This document shows positions 27,981 through 38,900 of a stretch of DNA of 64,000 nt, piece after piece; positions within the stretch are counted from its first letter, which is position 1; every line of letters begins with the position of its first letter. This DNA is from Kiritimatiellia bacterium (GTDB taxonomy: Bacteria > Verrucomicrobiota > Kiritimatiellia > RFP12 > JBMNHG01). Position numbers and translations under genes: made by a program. Below the pieces are notes generated by a model. The model searched no databases. It worked only from the letters and a program-made list of their open reading frames with translations, and was not told the DNA's origin. The DNA lies in the NCBI GenBank assembly GCA_050950285.1, contig JBMNHG010000008.1, positions 186,001-250,000 on the forward strand, in the 5' to 3' direction.

Positions 27981-28031
27981 AGAAGACCCCGATGCTCGTT
28001 CCTGCGGTCCGCCGGATGCCTTCGATGCAGT

Positions 28032-28060
28032 TTGACAGGCCCGGCTAAATCCTTCATATT
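28032..28060 (+). promoter_or_regulatory. Putative sigma70 promoter of the VTC operon
   Basis: TTGACA (28032-28037), 17-bp spacer, CATATT (28055-28060). Confidence 0.6.
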
Positions 28061-28150
28061 TACCCCCTACTTCGCCCCATTCGGCTATGGGGGCGAGCGG
28101 AATGACAAGGTGTTTCATTTGCCCGTTCGTGCCGCAGGTTCCACAACCGA

Positions 28151-28921
28151 ATGCAGCTGCCCTTTCCAGTCGCCGCCGAACCGTACCCTCGCGGGGGGCG
28201 GGAAGAGGCGTTCGTCCGCGAGAACAAGTTCGTGGCGCCCGCCACCATGGCCGCGGCCGCACACGACGTGCTGCGGCACCATTGCCTTCCGGACCCCAAG
28301 TACCCCGAAGGCTGGATCGAGTCGATCTACTTCGACACCCCGCAGCTGACCGCCTACTGGGAGAAGGCCAACGGCGACAACCTGAAGCGCAAAATCCGCG
28401 TGCGCTGGTACCCGCCCACCGATCCCGCAGCCGCGCCACGGCCACAGCCCGGCGCTCCCGGTGTCCCCATCCTGGCCTTCTTCGAGGTCAAGGACCGCCT
28501 GGGGGCGGCGCGTGAAAAACTGCACGCCGGTTTCCGCATGGATGGCGCCCTGCTGCAGTACGCACCCCTTACCGACACCGCCCTGCTGCGGGTTATCCGG
28601 CGGCAGGCGCGGGCCATGGACGTGGCCATGGCGGAGATGATCGTGCCGACGATCTCCATCCGCTACTACCGCTACCGCTTCGTCTGCCCCGTCACGGGAA
28701 CCCGCATCAGCCTCGACACACGGCTCGTTTCGGATCGCTGCAATCCCGACCTGATGCCCGAGACGGAGCCGCGGTACTGCATGCAGATCGTCTGCGAGGC
28801 CAAATCCCCCGTGTACCGGAATTGGTCGTGGAGCGAAACGCTCTTCCGCCTCGGCTTCCGGTCGCACAGTTTCTCGAAGTATGGCGAGTTCATCAACCAG
28901 CGTATACAGGGAAGACGTTAG
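28151..28921 (+). CDS. VTC-domain (CYTH-like, polyphosphate polymerase family) protein
   Basis: RENKF, IESIYFDT, KRKIRVRWY, FFEVK, RYYR, RISLD, VCEAK, SFSKY motifs. Confidence 0.88.
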   Translation: MQLPFPVAAEPYPRGGREEAFVRENKFVAPATMAAAAHDVLRHHCLPDPKYPEGWIESIYFDTPQLTAYWEKANGDNLKRKIRVRWYPPTDPAAAPRPQPGAPGVPILAFFEVKDRLGAAREKLHAGFRMDGALLQYAPLTDTALLRVIRRQARAMDVAMAEMIVPTISIRYYRYRFVCPVTGTRISLDTRLVSDRCNPDLMPETEPRYCMQIVCEAKSPVYRNWSWSETLFRLGFRSHSFSKYGEFINQRIQGRR

Positions 28922-28929
28922 TACCACGT

Positions 28930-29625
28930 ATGAAACACCTTAGCATGCTTGAAGCCCTGGAGGCCTACGAACAGACCTCCGCGCACCTCGGATTGGAGCG
29001 CTTCGCCACGGCGCTGGCCGTCTCGCTCCTCGCCGCATTTGTCACGGCGGGGCTCTACCGCGTCTTCTACGAGAACCGCGGCACCGGCAGCCAGATTTCG
29101 CGCGCCTTCGCCCTGCTGTCCCTGGCGATCACGACGCTCTTCGTCTGCATCCAGGTGTCGATCCCCCTCTCGCTGGGCCTCATGGGTTCGCTTTCGATCA
29201 TCCGTTTCCGCACCCCCATCAAGGAGCCCGAAGAGGCGGGCTTCCTGCTGCTGGTGATCGCCTCCTCGGTGGCGGCGGCGACCTACAACTTCGGCTTCCT
29301 CGTCATCCTCTACGCCTTTGTCATCGTCAGCCTGCTGATCATGCGGCGCGTGCGCTTCGCCCGCTTCTTCAAGCGCGACGGACTGCTCGTCATGACGCTG
29401 CCGGATGCCGCCGTCGGCAGCATGGAGGCGCTCGCCCCCGTCCTCGACCGGCACCTGAAACGGCATGCCGTCCAGAGCGCCGCCAGCCGCGAGGAGACCA
29501 CGAGCATCCAAGTGACCTTCTCCGGGCTCAAGACCGACGTGGGACAGCTCCAGGACGATCTCCGGCGCTCGCTGGCGGTCACCTCCGTCCAGACCTACCT
29601 GGATCGTCCCGGCGGCCTGCACTAG
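28930..29625 (+). CDS. DUF4956-family membrane protein
   Basis: Several TM helices; LSLGLMGSLSIIRFRTPIKEP signature; small C-terminal soluble domain; adjacent to a VTC gene. Confidence 0.88.
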   Translation: MKHLSMLEALEAYEQTSAHLGLERFATALAVSLLAAFVTAGLYRVFYENRGTGSQISRAFALLSLAITTLFVCIQVSIPLSLGLMGSLSIIRFRTPIKEPEEAGFLLLVIASSVAAATYNFGFLVILYAFVIVSLLIMRRVRFARFFKRDGLLVMTLPDAAVGSMEALAPVLDRHLKRHAVQSAASREETTSIQVTFSGLKTDVGQLQDDLRRSLAVTSVQTYLDRPGGLH

Positions 29626-29626
29626 C

Positions 29627-32599
29627 ATGAAGCGGACATTCCAAGCCGCGCTTGTCCTCGCGGTCCTGGGGCTGATCGCCGCCCTTCTGGCCAACGCCAC
29701 CCCGTGGCTGGTCGACCGTCCGCGGGCGCGCCTCGATTACGCCATCGACTCCATCCGCCGCAACCTCTCGCGGCAGGGCCGCCTGATCGGCCTTCTGACG
29801 TTCGACGAGCCCGTGCCGCGCGAGTGGGTGCACGATGCGAAAGTGCTTGCGCCGGGCACGGTCTGCGTGCCGACGCGTTTCGGTTCCGGACGAAAGTTCG
29901 ACGGACGCGAACGCACGCACATCGACACATCGCTGCGCTGGCCGGCGCTCGGCAGCAACTACACCATCGTGCTGCGGCTTACGATCCGGCCCGGCTCGCA
30001 CACGCAGGACATCCTCTGTGGCGGCGGTGGCAGGAGCTTGACAGGTTTCCGGCTGGCGGACGGCGCCATGACCTTCGACGTGCCCTCCAGCCAGCGGCAG
30101 GCCGCCGCCTACCCCTTCCAGAGCTTCGACAAGCCGATCTGCCTGGCGGCAACGGTCGACAGCCACGCCCGGACGCTTCGCCTGTACGAGGACGGCCGGC
30201 TCATGGCCTCGAACACGGTCGATGCCGTCCATTGGCAGCACCTGAACATCTCCTTCGGCAAGCTGGTCTGGAACAGCGCGCGGCATCCTTTCCATGGGGT
30301 CATCGACGAGGTGGCCTTCGTCTCCGGCGCCCTCTCCCCCGCCGAGATCCGCCGCCTGGCGAAGAGTCGGCAGGGCTTTCTGCGGTACTTCGCCTCGCCG
30401 CGCCGCTACGCCCGGTGGAGGTATGCCCAGGGCGCGGTCGACGCCGCAGCCCTGCTGCACCGGTTTCTCGACGCCTTCATCGCGCCCGTGCGCCGCCTCG
30501 GGTTGCCGCGGCGCGCCGCCCCGCCCCTGCCCGTGCTGGGGCTCCACCTGTCGGGCGCGGACCAGCGCCACTTCCTGCGCGCGCACCATCGCAGCCGCCT
30601 CTCCGGGCGCCGCACCCTGGCCGCGGCACGGTCGCGCCGCATCCACGCCCGCTTCGATGGCCGGGTCACCGAGGCGCAACTCTTCCTCGACGGCAGCGAC
30701 ATCGCCTACGGCGCCTCGCCGCGCCCGTCGTTCGTGCTCGAACTCCCGGACACCGCTTCCTGCTTCGGCACCACGCGCCTGCGCCTGCAACCCCCGGAGA
30801 CGGCCGGCCACACCATCCCCTTCCTGCTCGATCGGCTCCGCCGGCATTGCGGCCTGCCGACGGCCACCAACGGCTTCTGCCGCCTGATGCTCAACGGCAA
30901 CGACTACGGATGCTATGTCTTCGAGGATTTTGTCCGCGACGGCGTCCTGCCCGGCGACACGCCCGACATCGGCAGCAGCAATGTCCGCAACCCTGCGGAT
31001 TTCGGCGAGATCTTCCGGCCCGCTGCAACCAGCCGTACCGACCGGCTGGTCCACCAGCATCCCTGGCCGCTGACGCGCGCGGAGCTGCTGGAGCTGCACG
31101 CCGAAGTGGCGGACGCGGTCGCCCCCTTGATCGCGGCCGACCCCCTCTATCCCGAAAGCCTCGATCTCCTGCAACGGCATTTGCGACGGGAACGGGAGTA
31201 CGTGGCCGAAACATGGCCCGCGGCCGATTTCAACCAGTCGCCGGCACAGCGCTGGGCGCGCTTCCTCAACCCCTTCATGATCCTCGGGGGAAACCTCTCG
31301 CCCGACCGCCTGACGGAACCGCTCGACCTGCATCTGCCCCCCATCCCCGGCATACGGGTGGCCTGGCACAGCTCGCACCCGGAGATTGTCGACCCACGCA
31401 CCGGCCACGTCACGCGACCCGACGGCAACGCCCCCGTGCCGGTCGAGCTGACGGCGGAGGTGGACGACGGCACGAGCCGCGCCACGAAGACCCTGGCCCT
31501 TCGCGTCATGCCGCGCCACATTCCCCTGCCGACGGTGTCCCTCTACCTCCGCGATGCCGTGGCCAAGACGCGGCGGGTCGATGCCGTCGTCGAGATTTGC
31601 GAAACCGGCGACGATCGGCCCACGCGGCGCCTGCTCGCCACCCAGGGAAGGCGCGCAGGCGTCAACCACCGAGGCAACACCAGCTACTGGTATCGCAAAA
31701 AACTCCTCACCATCAAGTTCGACGAGCCGCACCGGCTCTTCGGCGACAGCACACGCCTGACCGTGCTGACCATCAACTCCATGCAGGACCCCAGCTTCCT
31801 GAACAACACGCTCGCCTTCGACCTCTTCCGGGCCTTCGGAACGCCGGAGGCACCGCGGTATGCCCCATACGTCCGCCACGCGGAGTTCTACGTGAACGGC
31901 GCCTATCATGGACTCTTCGAACTCTGCACGCGGCTCGACGAGGAGCTGATCCCCGGCGAAGGGCTGATTGTCTACCGCCACGAGAACGTCAAGCCGCGCC
32001 TGCTGCCCTTCCGCGCCGCCCGCCCGCCCCGGCACGACGGCGATTTCATGGGCCCCTATCTCGCGTTGCATCAGACCGTGGAAACCGCACCCCCCGAAGA
32101 CTGGATCAACCAGATGGGTCAACGCATCGACTTCGACAACGTCATGGATTACCAGCTGCTTCTGAGCTTCATGCAGAACCACAACGGCGCGCCGTTCCGG
32201 TTCTGGTTCCACGACGCCCTCCTCTACCAGCCCGGCAGCCAGCCCCCCTTCTCGCACGTGCCGTGGGACTTCGACAGAGGCCTCATCGCATGGTCCTGGG
32301 GGTGGATCGAGAACGACCTGATGCGGCGCATGGCCACCGATCTGCCCGACTACTGGCAACGGTACGCGGCGCGCTGGCGCTTCCTGCGCGCGGGTCCGCT
32401 GGCCGAAGACGCCGTCGACCGGCGGCTCGCCACGCAGGCCGCCCTGCTGGCGCCCTATATCGCACACGACCACCGGCGCTGGAACTACGGCCATCCCGAT
32501 ACCATCGTGGCGGAACTGGAGGCAAAACGCGACATCGCGCGCCGCAACCTGCGCGAGACCGACCAGTTCCTCGAAAGCCGCGCACACCCTGCGCCCTGA
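29627..32599 (+). CDS. Exported CotH-kinase-family protein: LamG-like domain, degenerate CotH-like domain, Ig-like domain, CotH domain
   Basis: N-terminal hydrophobic helix; FHGVIDEVAF...LSPAEI (LamG); RGNTS...KK...IKF, DPSFLNN, EFYVNGAYHGLF, PWDFD; start 1 bp after the DUF4956 stop. Confidence 0.88.
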   Translation: MKRTFQAALVLAVLGLIAALLANATPWLVDRPRARLDYAIDSIRRNLSRQGRLIGLLTFDEPVPREWVHDAKVLAPGTVCVPTRFGSGRKFDGRERTHIDTSLRWPALGSNYTIVLRLTIRPGSHTQDILCGGGGRSLTGFRLADGAMTFDVPSSQRQAAAYPFQSFDKPICLAATVDSHARTLRLYEDGRLMASNTVDAVHWQHLNISFGKLVWNSARHPFHGVIDEVAFVSGALSPAEIRRLAKSRQGFLRYFASPRRYARWRYAQGAVDAAALLHRFLDAFIAPVRRLGLPRRAAPPLPVLGLHLSGADQRHFLRAHHRSRLSGRRTLAAARSRRIHARFDGRVTEAQLFLDGSDIAYGASPRPSFVLELPDTASCFGTTRLRLQPPETAGHTIPFLLDRLRRHCGLPTATNGFCRLMLNGNDYGCYVFEDFVRDGVLPGDTPDIGSSNVRNPADFGEIFRPAATSRTDRLVHQHPWPLTRAELLELHAEVADAVAPLIAADPLYPESLDLLQRHLRREREYVAETWPAADFNQSPAQRWARFLNPFMILGGNLSPDRLTEPLDLHLPPIPGIRVAWHSSHPEIVDPRTGHVTRPDGNAPVPVELTAEVDDGTSRATKTLALRVMPRHIPLPTVSLYLRDAVAKTRRVDAVVEICETGDDRPTRRLLATQGRRAGVNHRGNTSYWYRKKLLTIKFDEPHRLFGDSTRLTVLTINSMQDPSFLNNTLAFDLFRAFGTPEAPRYAPYVRHAEFYVNGAYHGLFELCTRLDEELIPGEGLIVYRHENVKPRLLPFRAARPPRHDGDFMGPYLALHQTVETAPPEDWINQMGQRIDFDNVMDYQLLLSFMQNHNGAPFRFWFHDALLYQPGSQPPFSHVPWDFDRGLIAWSWGWIENDLMRRMATDLPDYWQRYAARWRFLRAGPLAEDAVDRRLATQAALLAPYIAHDHRRWNYGHPDTIVAELEAKRDIARRNLRETDQFLESRAHPAP

Positions 32600-32689
32600 T
32601 CCTCCGCCCGATCCCATGGGTTCGAAACGCAGGCTTAAGGGAGCCATGGCAATGACATGCCGCGAGCCGGTGGATACGGAAAAGACAAA

Positions 32690-32718
32690 TAGACAAACGA
32701 CCCCCGATATGGCATACT
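32690..32718 (+). promoter_or_regulatory. Putative promoter of adhesin gene 1 (about 220-nt leader follows)
   Basis: TAGACA, 17-bp spacer ending TATGG, CATACT. Confidence 0.45.
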
Positions 32719-32943
32719 CGACCCCTTCTTTTCCGAGGGGAGTTGTTCCGCGCCAGAAGTGTCCGGGCGTTTGGGTTGGAGGCGCGCCCCGCAGACCCGC
32801 TTTGAGGCGCGAGATCCCATGACGATGACGTGCGCGGCGCCCTTTCGCAAGACAAGCCGCGCGTCGGTTCCGACCAGGATGCCGGCACGCGCGGTGGCCG
32901 GAAGCTTCCAAAGCCTTCAAAAGACTCCCGCGGCGAATCAGAG

Positions 32944-35900
32944 ATGACCATGCGTATCAACCGAATTTTCAACCTGGCGTTGTTGACGGCGTTTCTGGCG
33001 GCATCCGCCCACGCCGTCTACATGGTGCATGAGTTCTACCTGCCGCTGCCGGAGGCGCAGGTGCTGCAATCCTTCCGGAGCGTGGATGGCATGAACCGGG
33101 TCAGGGCGCCGCTCGAGAGCGTCACCTCGATCGTCGTCACCGGTCCGGACACCATCATCCACTACGACCACTGGGAGGACGGCTACGAGACCGACATCAA
33201 CAATCCGGTCCAGCCGACGACCCAGATCTGGGGCGACGGCGACGACTCCAACGGCATCCCGCCCGGCTACGCCTCCGACCCCATGGGGCTGCCGATGGGC
33301 GCCGTGATCCCGCTGCGCAACGATGTCAACCTGCCGCGCAATCCCGCCGAGATCCTTTACGACGCGCGTGATCGCGTTACCGCCAGCAAGGCGCTGGTAG
33401 TCACGCGTGCCCTCTGGGCGCGCGATACCGGCCCCGTGCTGGCCGAGGCGGTCGAGGTGAGCGCCACGATCGACCACGGCACGCACTACATCGCGCCGGT
33501 AGGCGAGGATGTGGATGCCTACGACATGTTCGAGCATGTCGGCCTGGCCGTGATGGCCGATCAGGACAACACCGTCGTGACCATCGACAAGGACGGCCCC
33601 GGCGGTGCGGCGCCGGTCACCGTCACCCTCAACCGCGGCGAGAGCTATTTCGTCAACGGCGGCGTCATGCAGGGTGCCGAGGTCACGTCCACCAAGCCCG
33701 TCCAGGCGCATCTGCTGACGGGCGACGTCGGTGCCTATTACGAGACGCGCTGGTACACGCTCTTCCCCGTGGGCGACTGGTACAGCCGCTACGTGACGCC
33801 GGTCGGCAGCGCCGCCAACGGGCAGGCGTGCTTTGTGTTCCTCTACAATCCCGGCCCTGGCGCGATCACCATCACCGCCACCTCGCGTGTCGGCACGGAG
33901 AGCATCACGGTGCCGGCGGGCGAGGCCTACCGCTGGCAGGTGCCGCAGAACTCGGGCGCCATGTTCAGCAGCACGGGCGGCGAGCCCTTCAGCGCCATTG
34001 CCGCCGCCGGTGCCCACCCCTATGCCAACAACGCCTACGACTGGGGCTTCTCGCTGGTGCCCCAGGACGCGCTCTCCCCCACCGCCGTCGTCGGCTGGGG
34101 CCCCGGCAGCAGCGACATGACGCGCAACGGCAGCCCGGTGTTTGTCTCGCCCGCGAAGGCCACGCGCATCTACGTGGACTACGGCGGCGACGGCCAGGGG
34201 CCGCTGACCGACCCCAACGGCGGAAAATACGATGTGCATTACGACCTGGCGGCGCTCGAATCGAAGACCATCCTCGATCCGGACGGCGACCAGACCGCCA
34301 TGCGCATCTACACCACCGACGGCGCGCTCTTCTCCGCGGCGTGGGGGCAGGATCCCGACACGGCGCGCCCCGGCAACCCCTACCTCGACATGGGCAGCAC
34401 CGTCCTGCCGCTCCCCGAGCCGAAGCTGGTCAAGACCGCCCGCATCGTGAACGACGCCGATCCCGCCGGCCCGAGCCTCGGCGACACGATCGAATACCGC
34501 ATCGCGATCGACAACAAGGGGCTGCTGCCGCTGGGCAACACGCTGGTGCTCGACACCCTGCCGCCGCAACTGGACTACGTGGCCGGCTCGACCACGCTGG
34601 ATGGCGAGCCGCTGCCGGACGACACGGCCGGCAGCACGCTCTTCCCGCTGGACGAGACCGGCTACACCATCCCGATCATCCTGCGCGCCGGCAGCAGCGT
34701 CTTCACCTACCGGACCACCATCACCGGCACGGGCAGCATCGTCAACCGCGGCGCCGCGCCGCAGTATGAAATCTACGACCAGACCGAGGCCGATGTCCTG
34801 CCGCCCTCCGGCAGCAACCCCAGCCAGGTGCGGTTCGTGGATGAGCATGGCAACGATGTGACCGTCTATCCCGAGGGTGACGACATCTACCTCTGGTTCA
34901 AGGATCTCGATGCCAACCGCGACCCCGGCGCGGTCGAGACCATCACCCTGATCATCCGCAACGAGACCACCGGCGACTACGAGTCGATCACCCTCACCGA
35001 GACCGGGCCGGACACCGGGGTCTTCACCACGACCGCCCCAGTGCCGTCGTCGCCCTCCTCCGGCCTCGGACCGGAGGACGGCACGCTATACGCCCGCGCG
35101 GGTGACGACCTCGCCGTGTACTACGTGGATCCGCTCTACGGCGACTCGTGCAGCGACACCGCCACGCTCTCCGTGCCCAGCGAGACCAAGGTGCTCTACC
35201 TGACCGATGCCAACGGCGGCGGCGCGCCGCCGGAACCCGCCGTGCAGTACAAGCGGCAGATCACCTTCGCCAACAGTGCCTACGAGACGCTCCAGAACTT
35301 CCCCGTGCTCGTCCACCTGACGGAGGACAACTTCGATTTCTCCAAGGCCAACAGCGACGGCAGCGACATCCGCTTCTACGATGCCGACGGCGTTACGCCG
35401 CTGAGCTACGAGATCGAGTCGTGGGACGCCCTCGGCTGGGAGGCCCACATCTGGGTCAGGGTGCCGCAGATCGACAAAACCGACACCGACAGCATCTGGA
35501 TGCACTACGGCGACGCCTCGCGCACCGATGCCCAGACACCCGCCGCCGTCTGGAGCGACAACTTCCGCGCGGTGTGGCACATGGACGAGACCACGGGCAC
35601 CGTGAACGACTCCACCAGCAACAATTTGGACGGCATCCCGAATGCGAATGTGGTACTCGATGCCACCGGAAAGGTGGATGGCGCTGACCAGTATCCCGAC
35701 GGGGTGCATGGCTACACCTCATTGCCGTCCGGCCAGATTGTTCCCGCCAGAAACCCGTTCACCTTCGAGTCGTGGATCTATCTTGCGCCTAACTCAAATT
35801 ATGATCGCATCTTCGCGCAAACTCTGGCGAATTATCATTGCCAGGTCATCCGGCACGGCAACATAATCCAAGTCGGGCGCAACTATAGCGGTGCCTCCTA

Positions 35901-38900
35901 TGATTGCCCGCTGACAAAGGCTGCCGCGGTGCCGGGATCCGGAAACTGGTTCCACTTTGCGTGGGTTTTCGACGGCAGCAGCGATGCGCTCTTCGTTAAT
36001 GGCATGCCTGCTACCAGTGCGAATCAGACCCATGTGGGTGCGACAATTGCAGCCACGGAACAGACTAAAATCGGAGCACGCGACTCTTCAAGCTTCCCCT
36101 TTGGCGGCATGCTCGACGAGATGCGCGTTTCCACCACCGCCCGCAGCGCCAACTGGATCAAGGCGCAGTACGCCTCGATGAACGGCACCTTCGCCACACT
36201 GGGTGCCGAGCAGAGCTTCATTCCCGCCCCGCCCATGCTGCGCAAGCGGAAGATCACCTTCGACAACAGCACGCGCAACGAGGATCTGGCCGACTTTCCC
36301 GTGCTCGTCCATCTGACCGGCGCCAACTTTGATTTCACCAAGGCCAAGAGCGACGGCAGCGACCTCCGCTTCTACGACGCCGACGGCACCACGCCGCTCA
36401 GCCACGAGATCGAGTCGTGGGACGTGTCCGCGCAGCAGGCCCACATCTGGGTCAGGGTGCCGAAAATCGACAGGAACTCGAATACCGACAGCATCTGGAT
36501 GCACTACGGCAACCCCGCGCTGGCCGACGTCCAGAAGCCCGCCGATGTCTGGAGCGACAACTTCCGCGCGGTCTGGCACATGGACGAGACCGCAGGCGCC
36601 GCCGTGGCCGATTCCACCGGCAACGGCTGGAACGGCATCGCCACGGCGGTCGCCCGCGACACCGCCGGCAAGGTGGACGGCGCCGACGAGTACGCCGACA
36701 ACGCCTACACGACGGTGGCGAAGCCCGGTGCGATCATCTCCGCCACCAGCCCGTTCACCTTCGAGACGTGGGTGAATGTCGGGGCAGCCGATGCCTATGA
36801 CCGTATCTTTACGCAAGATACTCCTTCCGGCCAGCTCCAGATCGTTTTGGACAGCGGCAGATTGCATGTCGCGCGCTATGATGGCACCGCCGATTATGGC
36901 ATTGTGAAGGGCGCCGCCCCGGTGACGAGCGGCACATGGACCCACTTCGCCTGGGTTTTCGACGGCTCCGCCGACACCCTCTACATCAACGGCACGCCCG
37001 CCAGCACGACAACCACCTTCGGCAGCACGGCTCTTGGCGATACCTACAACTACATCGGTGCGCTCGACAAGTCCAAGAACTATTTCGACGGCAAGCTCGA
37101 CGAGATGCGCCTCGCGGCCACGGCGCGGAGCGCCGCCTGGATCAGTGCGCAGTACGCCTCGATGAACGGCGCCTTCGCCACGCTCGGCGCCGAGGAGAGC
37201 GCCCCGCTGGAGATCAACTACGCCCAAGGCGCCACCGGCGACGCCATGGACCGCATCGACCCGGTGGCAACAGCGGACACGACGACCGCCTGCACCGTGG
37301 TTCTCGACGGCAGCGCCGCCGGGACGTACAGGCAGCAGCTCACCTTCAACAACGCCTCGCGTTCCGAGGATCTGCTCAACTTTCCCGTGCTCGTCCACCT
37401 GACCGCGGACAACTTCAACTTCAAGAAGGCCCGCAGCGACGGGCGCAACATCCGCTTCTTCGATGCCGACGGCACCACGCCGCTGGCCTACGAGATTGAG
37501 TCGTGGGACGCCGACGCGCAGCAGGCCCACATCTGGGTCAAGGTGCCGAAAATCGACAGGAACTCGAACACCGACAGCATCTGGATGGAGTACGGCGACC
37601 CCGCGCTGACGGACGCCCAGACCCCCGCCGCCGTCTGGAGCAGCAACTTCCGTGCGGTGTGGCACATGGACGAGCGATCCGGCACGCAGGTGGCCGATTC
37701 CACAAGCTACGCTCGGCATGGCGTCGCCACGGAGACGCTGATGCGCGACCTCATCGGGCCGGTGAACGGGTGCGACGGGTATGTCGACGGGGTGGCCTAC
37801 ACCACTTTGCCAACCGGCGCGATCATTCCCGCCAACAGCACGGCCTTCACCTTCGAGTCGTGGGTCTGGGTCGGGAAGACCGAGGACTACGACCGCCTTT
37901 TCACGCAGACCGTGGACAATCGCGACTATCAGGTCGTCTGGGTCAACAACCGGCTGGAGGTCGTGTTGTACGATAGTTCCTATAATCGCAATCAACCTAA
38001 GGCCGCCGCCGCGCTGCCGTCCAAGACCTGGGTCCACTTCGCCTGGGTGCACAGCGGCAGCACCGAAACCCTCTACATCAACGGCGTGGCCGCGACGGCG
38101 TCGCCCTCCTCCGGCTGGTATGCGGGCGTTGGCCAAGGCAACTTCATCGGCGGACACAACACCACGGACCGCCATTTCGACGGGCAGATCGACGAGATGC
38201 GCATCGCCTCCGTTGCGCGGAGCGCGCACTGGATCAGCGCGCAGTATGCCTCGATGACCGGCACCCTCGTCACCTACGGCGATGCGCAACTGATTTCCGC
38301 GCAGAACCTGCCGCGTGCCGCATTCACACAGGCGCCCGTCTTCTGCAAGGATTTCGTGATGCCCGCCGCCGGCGCCCTCTCCGCGCGTGTCTTCGTGGCG
38401 GCCATGGACGGCGCCATGGCGGTGAACCCGGCAATCTACGGCACGCTCAGGCACGGCACGACGCAGCTCGCGGATCTCGGCGCCCCCACGGCCACCTTCA
38501 TCGGCTTCGGCACGGGCGGGGAGGCAATCTACCGCCTCGACTGGAGCGCTGTGCTGGACACCGGAACGACGATACCCGCCGGGCAGGCGGTCACCATCGA
38601 GATCGCCACCGCCGACAATTCCCCCTTCGCGGTGATCTACGACAGCGCCGCCTACCCCTCGCGCGTCAGCCTGCCCGCCGAGACCGTCATCGAGGTTGAC
38701 TCGCTGGCGATCTACGACGCCCCCTATCCCGGCGGCAGCCCGGTGGGTGCCGCCGTCGCCGGCTCGACGGTCTACGTCCGCGCGGTTGTCAGCGATCCCT
38801 TCGGCGCCTACGACATCACCAGCCTCGGGCTCGCCATTCCGGCGGCGGGCGTGGATGTGACGCTCGGTGACGACGCCGTCGTCGCCGCCACACCCTGCAC

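Noticed and set aside
32720..32943. Riboswitch in the long leader of adhesin gene 1 or in the 8326-8408 leader
   Set aside because: Hairpins are present but match no riboswitch consensus I can recognise, and such stems are expected at this GC content.
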